DNA of 20,000 bases from Anaerolineae bacterium (GTDB lineage Bacteria > Chloroflexota > Anaerolineae > B4-G1 > DUEL01), in the NCBI GenBank assembly GCA_041082215.1, contig JBDOIF010000171.1, positions 55,300 through 75,299 on the forward strand, given 5' to 3'. Positions 1 through 9,351 of the stretch are shown piece by piece. Each line of letters starts with the position of its first letter. Position 1 is the first letter of the stretch. The translations under genes were made by a program, and so were the position numbers. The notes below the pieces were generated by a model, which did not search any database, was not told the origin of the DNA, and saw nothing but the letters and a program-made list of their open reading frames with translations.

Positions 1-1
1 C

Positions 2-3000
2 CGTATCCTTGAGTTCTGGAAAGCGTCGAACGCGTTTGGGAAGCTGGTCGAGCTGCGGGAAGGCAGCCCCCGCTGGTCCTTCATAGACGGCCCGATCACC
101 GCCAACAACCCGATGGGCGTTCATCACGGGTGGGGGCGCACTTATAAAGACCTGTTCCACCGTTATAAGGCGATGCGCGGCTTCCATACGCGCTACCAGA
201 ACGGCTTCGACTGCCAGGGGCTCTGGGTCGAGGTCGAGGTCGAAAAAGAGCTGGGCTTCCGCTCCAAGCGGGATATCGAAAACTACGGCATAGACCGCTT
301 CGTCCGTAAATGCAAAGAGCGGGTGCTCCGCTACGCCGCCGTCCAGACGGAGCAGTCCATCCGGCTGGGCTACTGGATGGACTGGAACGATCCCGATTTC
401 CTGCGAGAGCTGGGAAACCGGCTGATGGAAAACCCCAACGAGGTCATCACCGTCCATGGCCCCCAGGGACCGGTGACCGACACGGTGGAACAGATCGTGG
501 GCCGGCTGGGGCTGCCGGAGCTGGGCGGCTCCTACTTTACCTTCTCCAACGAGAATAACTACATGATCTGGACCTTCCTCAAGCGTTGCTGGGAACGGGG
601 ATGGCTCTACAAAGGTACGGATGTGATGCCCTGGTGCCCCCGCTGCGCCACCGGCATCAGCCAGCACGAGATCGCCACCGAGGGGTACCAGGAACGCACC
701 CACCCCAGCGTCATCCTCCGCTTCCCGCTGCGAGGGCGGCCCAGCGAGAGCCTCCTGGTCTGGACCACCACCCCCTGGACCCTGACAAGCAACGTGGCGG
801 CGGCAGCAGGGCCCAAGCTGACCTATGTCCGGGTCCGCCAGGGAGACGAGGTATTCTACCTCTCCAAAGGCACTCTCCATCAGTTGTCGGGTCCCTACGA
901 GGTGCTGGAGGAGATGATGGGAACGGCGCTGGAGGGCTGGACCTACGACGGCCCCTTCGACGAGCTGGAGGCCCAGCGGGAAGCTGGCGGCCCCCAGGCC
1001 CACCGGGTGGTCCTCTGGGACGAGGTGGGGGAGGCGGAAGGCACCGGCATTGTCCACATCGCGCCAGGGTGCGGTGCAGAGGACTTCGCCCTCAGCAGGG
1101 AGTACAACCTCCCCGCCATCGCCCCGCTGGACGAGGAGGGGTACTTTATCCCGGGCTTCGGCCCTTTCAGCGCCACCCACGTCTCCGAAAGCGCCGGGCG
1201 GGTCTTCGCCAGCCTGCGGGAGAAGGGACTGCTCTACAGGGTAGAGGACTACACTCACCGCTACCCCGTCTGCTGGCGGTGCGGCACCGACCTGGTCTTC
1301 CGTCTGGTGGACGAGTGGTTCATCTCGATGGACGAGCTGCGCCACGATATGATGGAGGTGACCCGACAGATCCGCTGGCTTCCCTCCTTCGGCCTGGAAC
1401 GGGAGCTGGACTGGCTGCGGAATATGCACGACTGGATGATCAGCAAAAAGCGGTACTGGGGACTGGCGCTGCCCATCTGGGAGTGCAAGGAGTGTGGACA
1501 CTTCCACGTCATCGGCAACGAACGTGAACTGAAAGAACGGGCCATCGCTGGCTGGGAGGAGTTCGAGGGCCACACCCCCCACCGCCCCTGGGTGGACGCG
1601 GTCCGTATCGCCTGTCCCAACTGCGGCGCGGAGGTGAGCCGCATCCCCGACGTGGGCAACCCCTGGCTGGACGCGGGGATCGTCAGCTTCAGCACCCTCC
1701 AGTACCGGACCAACCGGGAGTACTGGCGGCAATGGTACCCGGCCGACTTCATCACCGAGTCCTTCCCCGGCCAGTTCCGCAACTGGTTCTACTCCCTTCT
1801 GGCGATGGCAACCGTCCTGGAGAACTCGCCCCCCTTCAGGACCTGCTTCGGCTATGCCACATTGCTGGCGGAGGACGGGCGGGAGATGCACAAGTCCTGG
1901 GGCAACGCCATCGAGTTCAACGAGGCCGCCGACCGGATGGGGGTGGACGTGATGCGGTGGCTCTACTGCCGCCAGAAGCCGGAGAAGGACCTGCTCTTCG
2001 GCTACAACAAGGCAGACGAGGTCCGCCGTCAGTTCCTCCTCCCCCTCTGGAACGCCTACGTCTTCTTCGTCACCTACGCGCGGCTGGACCAGTGGACGCC
2101 TTGTAGCGCAAGTTTAAACTTGCGCTACAATCTGCTGGACCGCTGGATCCTGGCCCGCCTCAACCAGGTCGTTGCTCAGGTGACGGAGCGGCTGGAGGAT
2201 TACGACGCCTATGGCGCGACGCTCGTCGTCGAGCCCTTTATTGACGATCTGACCAACTGGTACCTCCGCCGCAGCCGACGCCGCTTCTGGAAGAGCGAGC
2301 AGGACGCGGATAAGAACGCGGCCTACGCCACCCTCTACCGGGTCCTCACCACCCTCTGCCGGCTTCTGGCCCCCTTTGTCCCCTTCGTCACCGAGGCCAT
2401 GTATCAGAACCTGGTCCGCTCGGTGGACGCGGACGCGCCGGAGAGCGTCCACCACACCAACTGGCCGGAACCGGACCTATCGCTGGTGGATGAGGAGCTG
2501 CTGGCACAAATGGAGCTGGCCCGTGAAGTGGTCGCGGTGGGCCATTCGGCCCGCAACAGCGCCGGCATCAAACTGCGCCAGCCCCTGGCGCGCGCGCTGA
2601 TCTACCTTGAGCCGGATGTGGGCGGGCTGGACGGGGAGCTGGTGACGCTGGTGCAGGAGGAGATGAACGTCAAGGAGGTCTCCTTCGTGAAGGAACTCGG
2701 CGACCTGGTGACCTACCGGCTGCTGCCGGACAACCGGGTGCTCGGCCCCCGCTTCGGCGGGCGGTTCCCGGCCTTGCGGGCGGCGCTGACGGGGCTGGAA
2801 CCCGCGGCCGCGGTGCGGCGGCTGCGCGCGGGGGTTCCCCTCCATCTGGAGGTGGAAGGGGAAGAGGTGGAGCTGGCACCGGAAGAGGTGCTGATCCAGG
2901 AAGAGCCCCAGGAGGGACTGGCGGTGGCCTCGGAGAAGGGGGTGACCGTCGCCGTGGAGACGGCCCTCACACCGGACCTGCGCGCCGAGGGGCTGGCCCG

Positions 3001-3244
3001 TGAGGTGATCCGACGGGTGCAGAACCTGCGCAAGGAGGCAGGCCTGGAGCTGGATGACCGCATCGTGGTCCGCTATCAGGCGGAAGGGGAGCTGGCAGAA
3101 GCAGTGGAGGCGTGGCGGGAGTACATCGCTGCCGAGACGCTCGCGGTGGAGTGGGCGGCTGGCGAGCCGGAGCCAGGCATGCAGGTTGAGGAGTTCCGGG
3201 TAGAGGGACACCGGCTACAGGTCGGCCTGCGGCGGGCCGGCTGA
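2..3244 (+). CDS. ileS: Isoleucyl-tRNA synthetase, type 2 (IleRS2), 5'-truncated by the window edge
   Basis: The frame is open from nt 2 (RILEFWKASNAF...WSFIDGPITANNPMGVHH), so the ORF-track Met at 113 is internal. Motifs: GFDCQGL; WTTTPWTL and GTGIVHIAP (CP1 editing domain); DWMISKKRYWG; EMHKS (KMSKS equivalent); NWYLRRSRRRFW anticodon domain; IleRS2-type C-terminus EGLAREVIRRVQNLRK with no C-terminal Zn finger. Confidence 0.97.
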   Translation, partial: RILEFWKASNAFGKLVELREGSPRWSFIDGPITANNPMGVHHGWGRTYKDLFHRYKAMRGFHTRYQNGFDCQGLWVEVEVEKELGFRSKRDIENYGIDRFVRKCKERVLRYAAVQTEQSIRLGYWMDWNDPDFLRELGNRLMENPNEVITVHGPQGPVTDTVEQIVGRLGLPELGGSYFTFSNENNYMIWTFLKRCWERGWLYKGTDVMPWCPRCATGISQHEIATEGYQERTHPSVILRFPLRGRPSESLLVWTTTPWTLTSNVAAAAGPKLTYVRVRQGDEVFYLSKGTLHQLSGPYEVLEEMMGTALEGWTYDGPFDELEAQREAGGPQAHRVVLWDEVGEAEGTGIVHIAPGCGAEDFALSREYNLPAIAPLDEEGYFIPGFGPFSATHVSESAGRVFASLREKGLLYRVEDYTHRYPVCWRCGTDLVFRLVDEWFISMDELRHDMMEVTRQIRWLPSFGLERELDWLRNMHDWMISKKRYWGLALPIWECKECGHFHVIGNERELKERAIAGWEEFEGHTPHRPWVDAVRIACPNCGAEVSRIPDVGNPWLDAGIVSFSTLQYRTNREYWRQWYPADFITESFPGQFRNWFYSLLAMATVLENSPPFRTCFGYATLLAEDGREMHKSWGNAIEFNEAADRMGVDVMRWLYCRQKPEKDLLFGYNKADEVRRQFLLPLWNAYVFFVTYARLDQWTPCSASLNLRYNLLDRWILARLNQVVAQVTERLEDYDAYGATLVVEPFIDDLTNWYLRRSRRRFWKSEQDADKNAAYATLYRVLTTLCRLLAPFVPFVTEAMYQNLVRSVDADAPESVHHTNWPEPDLSLVDEELLAQMELAREVVAVGHSARNSAGIKLRQPLARALIYLEPDVGGLDGELVTLVQEEMNVKEVSFVKELGDLVTYRLLPDNRVLGPRFGGRFPALRAALTGLEPAAAVRRLRAGVPLHLEVEGEEVELAPEEVLIQEEPQEGLAVASEKGVTVAVETALTPDLRAEGLAREVIRRVQNLRKEAGLELDDRIVVRYQAEGELAEAVEAWREYIAAETLAVEWAAGEPEPGMQVEEFRVEGHRLQVGLRRAG
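2101..2130. repeat. Perfect 30-bp palindrome (GTAG-REP-like) embedded in frame in ileS
   Basis: TTGTAGCGCAAGTTTAAACTTGCGCTACAA equals its own reverse complement. It is AT-rich relative to the gene and encodes CSASLNLRYN. Confidence 0.85.
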
Positions 3245-3264
3245 CCGTCGGGTGACAATAGGGA

Positions 3265-4230
3265 ATGAGAGAAAAAGCCCACTCTGGAACCGGGAAAGAC
3301 CTCAGACCCGGCTCCAGGCTTGCCTTCAAAGGGATCCAGAGACTTCTCAGCTCCCGCCCCGTCACCGGTTTGGGGATGCTCTGCAGCAGGTACCTGCCGC
3401 CGCCCGTGGGGCTTGCCGTTGCGGACCTCATCGCCGGGCTGCTTGTCCGCTTCAGGCCACACGTCTACCGGGTTGTGTGGGCCAACCTGCGGCAGGTCCT
3501 CGGCCCGGAGGTAGGGGAGGAACAGCTCCACCTGACCGTGCGGCGCGTGTTTCGGGACACAGCCCGCACCTACTACGAATTATGGCATCTGGTCGCCCGC
3601 GGGGAGAAGGCGATCTCCGCCGCCGTCCATTTCCCGGCCGGGAGCCTGGCCCGTGTGGAGGAGGCTCTGCAACAGGGTCGGGGGGTGATCGTCGTCGGGA
3701 GCCACGTCGGCAATTTCGACCTGGGGATCCTGGCGCTGGCCGCCTCAGAGCCGATGCGAGGCCGGGTAGTGCAGGTGCTGGGGCTGGGGGAGGAGCCGGC
3801 CGGAGGGTTTGCCCTGATGGACCGGATGAGGACGCAGGCTGGCATCGAGATGACGCCGGTCACCGTCCCGGCCCTCCGGCAGGCTATCCGACACCTGCGA
3901 GCCGGCGGAGTGGTGCTGACGGGCGTGGACCGGCCGGTGAGGGAGACGCTTCCTGAGGTTGAGTTCTTCGGCCGGCTGGCCCCGTTGCCCACGGGTCACA
4001 TCCGGCTGGCTCTCAGGACCGATGTGCCTGTCCTTGTCGCCAACATGTACCGCACGCCCGAAGGGAGAAATGTCGCTTCCATCTGCGCGCCGCTGGAGAT
4101 GATCCGCACCGGCGATCCCGGAGAGGAATTGCAGATCAACCTGCGACGGGTGACGGAGCTTCTGGAAGCCCACATCCGCGCCTATCCGGATCAGTGGAAG
4201 ATGTTCGTCCCCGTGTGGCCGGAGCTGTAG
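3265..4230 (+). CDS. Lysophospholipid/lipid acyltransferase, LpxL/HtrB-PatA family
   Basis: HxxxxD catalytic motif (SHVGNFD), plus VEFFGRLAPLPTGHIRLALRT and LEAHIRAYPDQW, typical of the lipid A lauroyltransferase / PIM acyltransferase family. Exact start codon uncertain. Confidence 0.85.
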   Translation: MREKAHSGTGKDLRPGSRLAFKGIQRLLSSRPVTGLGMLCSRYLPPPVGLAVADLIAGLLVRFRPHVYRVVWANLRQVLGPEVGEEQLHLTVRRVFRDTARTYYELWHLVARGEKAISAAVHFPAGSLARVEEALQQGRGVIVVGSHVGNFDLGILALAASEPMRGRVVQVLGLGEEPAGGFALMDRMRTQAGIEMTPVTVPALRQAIRHLRAGGVVLTGVDRPVRETLPEVEFFGRLAPLPTGHIRLALRTDVPVLVANMYRTPEGRNVASICAPLEMIRTGDPGEELQINLRRVTELLEAHIRAYPDQWKMFVPVWPEL

Positions 4231-4245
4231 GTGTGCAAAGCTTTG

Positions 4246-4324
4246 TGCCCTCACCCCTTCCCCTGCCCCCTCCCCTCTCCCACGCGGCGGAAGAGAGGAG
4301 GGGGCTGGGGATAGGGTGAGGGCA
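4246..4324. repeat. BoxC-like pyrimidine/purine imperfect palindrome between convergent genes; probable bidirectional terminator or RNA hairpin
   Basis: TGCCCTCACCC (4246-4256) pairs with GGGTGAGGGCA (4314-4324). The inner arm CCCCTGCCCCCTCCCCTCT pairs imperfectly with AGAGAGGAGGGGGCTGGGG. Confidence 0.7.
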
Positions 4325-4349
4325 TCCGCCAGTCTGCGGTCGGGCGCTC

Positions 4350-5393
4350 CTACTCCCCCTTCAGCTCCTTCAGCCGCGCCTCCCACTTGGCGTACAGCTT
4401 GTTGTAGACCGCCTCGGTGATCTCCCCCGACGCCAGCCGCAGGTCCAGATTATCCAGCATAGCCTGGACCTCCTCCACTGTCTGTGGGGTCCTGGGAGCG
4501 GCGGCCTCCTGCGGCTCGGCGGGCTGCTGAGGCTGTTTGGGCTGCATCGCCTGAGCCATCATCTGAGCCATCGTCATCCCCATCGCCGCGCCGGCCCCCA
4601 GGCCGACCCCTGCTCCGGCCAGCCCGCCGCCTCCAGGCTGCTGGGCCGCGTCTCCCATCGCGATGGCGGCCTTGTATTTGAGGTAGGCGTCCATATCGCC
4701 GATGGCGCCCATCGCTGCCGCCTGGTCAATCGCCTTGGCCGTCTCTTCGGTGGGGCTGATGGATTCGATGTAGACGTTGGTCAGATTGATGCCGCGGGCG
4801 GCGAAGTCGTCGGCCGCCTTGGCCCGCACCCCGGCCGCCAGCTCTTCCATCATCGCCGGGATATCCAGGATGGACCGGCTCATCTCCCCCAGAAGGTCGG
4901 TCAGCTTGGTGATGATGATGCTGCGGAGGAACTTCTCGATGTCCGAAGTGCGATAGAGGCGCTGCGTGCCGACGATCTTGTTGACGAAGAGCTGAGGATC
5001 GGTGACCGCCATTCCATAGGTGCCGAAGGCCCGCAGCCGGGCCATCCGCAGGACCGGGTCGCGGATGGTGATCGGCTCCGGCGTCCCCCACTTCATATCC
5101 AGAAGCTCCCGCAGGGTGACGAAGTAGACCTCCGCCTTGAAGGGGGTCTGGCCGGAAAAAGCCTTACCGATCAGGTCCACCAGCAGGGGGATGTTGGCGG
5201 TGGTGATGGTGTGTCGGCCAGGCCCGAAGACATCCAGGGCCTTGCCGTCCCGGAAGAAGACCGCCGCCTGGCTTTCGCGGACGATCACCTGGGAACCGAT
5301 GCGGAAGTCACCCGATCCCTGTTCGGGGAACCGGTAGACGATCTCCCGCCCGCTCTCGTCCATAAACTCAACAATGTCGAATACTCTTGCCAT
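4350..5393 (-). CDS. SPFH/Band-7 protein, YdjI (COG4260)-type, with C-terminal SHOCT-like domain
   Basis: Family-typical segments GSQVIVRESQAAVFFRDGKALDVFGPGRHT, KWGTPEPI, LRAFGTY and the GAGVGLGAGAAMG linker. The C-terminal LDLRLASGEITEAVY resembles SHOCT. RBS AGGAGAGGAG lies just upstream. Confidence 0.88.
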   Translation of the reverse strand: MARVFDIVEFMDESGREIVYRFPEQGSGDFRIGSQVIVRESQAAVFFRDGKALDVFGPGRHTITTANIPLLVDLIGKAFSGQTPFKAEVYFVTLRELLDMKWGTPEPITIRDPVLRMARLRAFGTYGMAVTDPQLFVNKIVGTQRLYRTSDIEKFLRSIIITKLTDLLGEMSRSILDIPAMMEELAAGVRAKAADDFAARGINLTNVYIESISPTEETAKAIDQAAAMGAIGDMDAYLKYKAAIAMGDAAQQPGGGGLAGAGVGLGAGAAMGMTMAQMMAQAMQPKQPQQPAEPQEAAAPRTPQTVEEVQAMLDNLDLRLASGEITEAVYNKLYAKWEARLKELKGE

Positions 5394-5408
5394 TTCGCTC
5401 CTCTCCTT

Positions 5409-5483
5409 TACGGAATACGCAATACGAAATAGTGCAAGCTGCGTATTGCGTATTCCGTATTCCGTACTCCGTATTCCTTATTC
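5409..5483. repeat. Heptamer tandem repeat (CGTATTC x6) combined with an 18-bp inverted repeat
   Basis: Units CGTATTG, CGTATTC, CGTATTC, CGTACTC, CGTATTC, CTTATTC at 5442-5483. TACGGAATACGCAATACG (5409-5426) is the exact reverse complement of 5442-5459. Confidence 0.85.
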
Positions 5484-5492
5484 CGTGCCGTA

Positions 5493-6014
5493 TCATGCAG
5501 CGCCCAGGATCACCTGCTCCCGCCCATCGAAGGTGAGGTTGGCCTCGGCGCAGATGCTCAGCACCTGTCGGACCGCCTCTGCCAGTCCTTCGCCAGCGGG
5601 GATCGAGGTCTCCAGATTGTCCAGCGCGGTCGAAAGCCGCTCAGCATACTCCAGGAGCTTGGTGTCGAAGTCGTACAGTCGGTCCAGCTCCTCCTCCCGC
5701 ACGCGCACGGCGTCGAAGAGGCCGGCATAGCCGTAGGCGGCCTTCCGCACCCGGTCAATGAAGGTCTGAAGCTTCGTCGCCGCATTCCCCATCTCATCCA
5801 GGTACTCGAACCGGCCGGCGGTGATCAACTGCCTCTGCAGGTCATCCATCCGCTGGCGCTGGGCCTCCATCTGCGTCGCCACCGTCTCGCGCAGGAGTTT
5901 GTCCGACTCCCGCCGCATTTCCTTGTCCTTGTAGCCCTTGTAGCCGGGGATCTTTCCCAGCAACTTTTCCAGCTCGGTTCGGGCCTCGCTCACGCGCTCA
6001 TACAGGTCGCCCAT
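5493..6014 (-). CDS. Conserved-looking hypothetical all-alpha-helical protein (about 173 aa)
   Basis: ATG at 6014 is preceded by an AAGGAGAAG RBS and is preferred over the GTG at 6032. Sequence IPGYKGYKDKEMRRESDKLLR...GYAGLFDAVRVREEELDRLYDFD; helical/coiled-coil composition; host-like codon usage. Confidence 0.8.
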   Translation of the reverse strand: MGDLYERVSEARTELEKLLGKIPGYKGYKDKEMRRESDKLLRETVATQMEAQRQRMDDLQRQLITAGRFEYLDEMGNAATKLQTFIDRVRKAAYGYAGLFDAVRVREEELDRLYDFDTKLLEYAERLSTALDNLETSIPAGEGLAEAVRQVLSICAEANLTFDGREQVILGAA

Positions 6015-6034
6015 CACTCTTCTCCTTTCCACGT

Positions 6035-6069
6035 GACGTTTGACGTTTCACGTTTGACATTTCACGTTC
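6035..6069. repeat. Heptamer tandem repeat (SACGTTT x5)
   Basis: GACGTTT GACGTTT CACGTTT GACATTT CACGTTC in the intergenic spacer. Confidence 0.8.
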
Positions 6070-6085
6070 TTGGTTCCACCCCCTA

Positions 6086-6589
6086 TCAGGCCAGGAAGAT
6101 CTCAGTTTGACAGTACGGGCATCTCACAACCCCCTTCCCCGCCAGTTCCAGCGCCCCGCCACAGTGGGGGCACTTGGTGGTATCCATCCTGGCTGCATCC
6201 ACCGAGATCAGGTCGCCTTCGTCCCAGTTGATGTAGCCGGTGAAGAGGCCCTTGTTGACCAGGTCGTACACCCACGTTTTGATCTGATCCCGGCTGACGT
6301 TCAGCTCCAGCGCGGCATCGGCGACGTTGACCCGGCCCTGGGCGCGGACCATTCCCAGGAGCCGTTTCTGCTGCTGGGCGACGGCCATCTCCTTCGCCTC
6401 CTGCTGGCCACGGATGAGGAGGAAGACGCCCACAGCGACCAGAGGAACGCCGAGGATTGCGCCAAGGGCCAACCCCATGATCCTTCCCCCCATCGTCTCG
6501 GCGGAGGTGAAACTGGCCATAGCGGCCAGCACACATGCCAGCAATCCTGCAGCGATGAGAATAAGCCCAAGAATCCGTCCGGTGTTCAT
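6086..6589 (-). CDS. Membrane protein: two N-terminal TM helices, PCI/winged-helix-like domain, C-terminal zinc ribbon
   Basis: Two hydrophobic segments; GRVNVADAALELNVSRDQIKTWVYDLVNKGLFTGYINW has a wHTH/PCI-like pattern; CPHCG...CPYC Zn ribbon. RBS AGGAG upstream. Confidence 0.8.
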   Translation of the reverse strand: MNTGRILGLILIAAGLLACVLAAMASFTSAETMGGRIMGLALGAILGVPLVAVGVFLLIRGQQEAKEMAVAQQQKRLLGMVRAQGRVNVADAALELNVSRDQIKTWVYDLVNKGLFTGYINWDEGDLISVDAARMDTTKCPHCGGALELAGKGVVRCPYCQTEIFLA

Positions 6590-6614
6590 TTGCGGTTGCT
6601 CCTATTTGTTTGTT

Positions 6615-7013
6615 TCAGGAAGCCTCACCCCTCATCCTGTCGCGGACAAACTCACGAACCTGTTGTGCCAGCGCCAGCGCTTCCCGAGTTTCCTGAAGAG
6701 ATGGAAGATAGAATTCTTCTCCGTACCGAACATTCACAGCGTAATCGGTCAGCCGTTCAACCCCGGCATCAACCAGGCTTTGGAAATCCGGGTCATGCCT
6801 TCGGCAGCGGGAGAGCAGAAGCGCCAGGTTATGAGTTCTGGGGATTTCTTCGCCCCTGAAAAGCAGATAGGCTTTCAGGTATTTCTCTACACATTGCTGA
6901 AGATGGAAGCAAACAGCATCGGTAGCTGGCTCCTCCGTCGCCATCTCGTCACGGGCGATCTTGAGGTCGCTTTCTGCCTTCCGAATCCAGCTTCGAACGC
7001 CCTCCTCGCTCAT
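6615..7013 (-). CDS. HEPN domain protein (COG2250-type; putative toxin of an MNT-HEPN pair)
   Basis: WIRKAESDL, AVCFHLQQCVEKYLKAYL, PRTHNL and YAVNVRY motifs. Overlaps the upstream MNT gene by 4 bp (ATGA). Confidence 0.88.
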   Translation of the reverse strand: MSEEGVRSWIRKAESDLKIARDEMATEEPATDAVCFHLQQCVEKYLKAYLLFRGEEIPRTHNLALLLSRCRRHDPDFQSLVDAGVERLTDYAVNVRYGEEFYLPSLQETREALALAQQVREFVRDRMRGEAS

Positions 7014-7342
7014 ACTTCTATCCCTTCTTTCAACACATAGTAGGTCAGATAGGCAGGATTGTCTTCCCTCTCGCGCACCATCCTTTCACTTTGAATCACT
7101 ATATCGCAATCCATATCCTCTTGGGCGAGGGCCCACCGAATGCGCGAAGCTATCTTTTGCCGCTCGGGGAAGGAAAGGTCCCTATCAACGACTACATAAA
7201 AATCCCAATCGCTATCTTGGCGGAAGTCACCCCGCGCCCGACTGCCGAAGAGCAAAACTTTCAGAACCCGAAAGCCGCTTCTCCGCCCTTCAGCATCTAT
7301 GATTTGCCTGATTCGTTTCAGCTCCTGCATCCTGCTGACCAT
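7010..7342 (-). CDS. Minimal nucleotidyltransferase (MNT; putative antitoxin)
   Basis: LLFGSRARGDFRQDSDWD matches GSX10DXD, third Asp in DCDIV, C-terminal LKEGIEV. Start is 7342 or 7330. Confidence 0.9.
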   Translation of the reverse strand: MVSRMQELKRIRQIIDAEGRRSGFRVLKVLLFGSRARGDFRQDSDWDFYVVVDRDLSFPERQKIASRIRWALAQEDMDCDIVIQSERMVREREDNPAYLTYYVLKEGIEV

Positions 7343-7375
7343 CAGCTGAGAATCTGTTGTGCGGCTCCCGGCAGG

Positions 7376-9217
<1,842 letters not shown>

Positions 9218-9266
9218 AGTTCCTCCTCAGGCTGGAGTCGGGTGCTACGCGGGCTGAATTGTCCAC

Positions 9267-9275
9267 ATTTTACCA
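9267..9275 (-). promoter_or_regulatory. Putative extended -10 promoter (TGGTAAAAT) for the DUF2207 cluster
   Basis: The minus strand reads TGnTAAAAT about 50 nt upstream of the DUF2207 start, with no clear -35. Confidence 0.5.
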
Positions 9276-9306
9276 TGCTTTTGAAGCCGGTAATGAGTAA
9301 AGAAAG

Positions 9307-9333
9307 GACAGAAGGCTGACAGTTGGCTGACAG
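9307..9333 (-). promoter_or_regulatory. Three CTGTC direct repeats with 11-bp period (OmpR/PhoB-type box candidate)
   Basis: Minus strand reads CTGTCAGCCAA CTGTCAGCCTT CTGTC (plus-strand GACAG at 9307, 9318, 9329). Confidence 0.4.
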
Positions 9334-9351
9334 GGGTCAAAGGGGAAGCCA

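Noticed and set aside
392..529. Intein in ileS
   Set aside because: Too short, and it lacks the N-terminal Cys/Ser and C-terminal His-Asn splice motifs.
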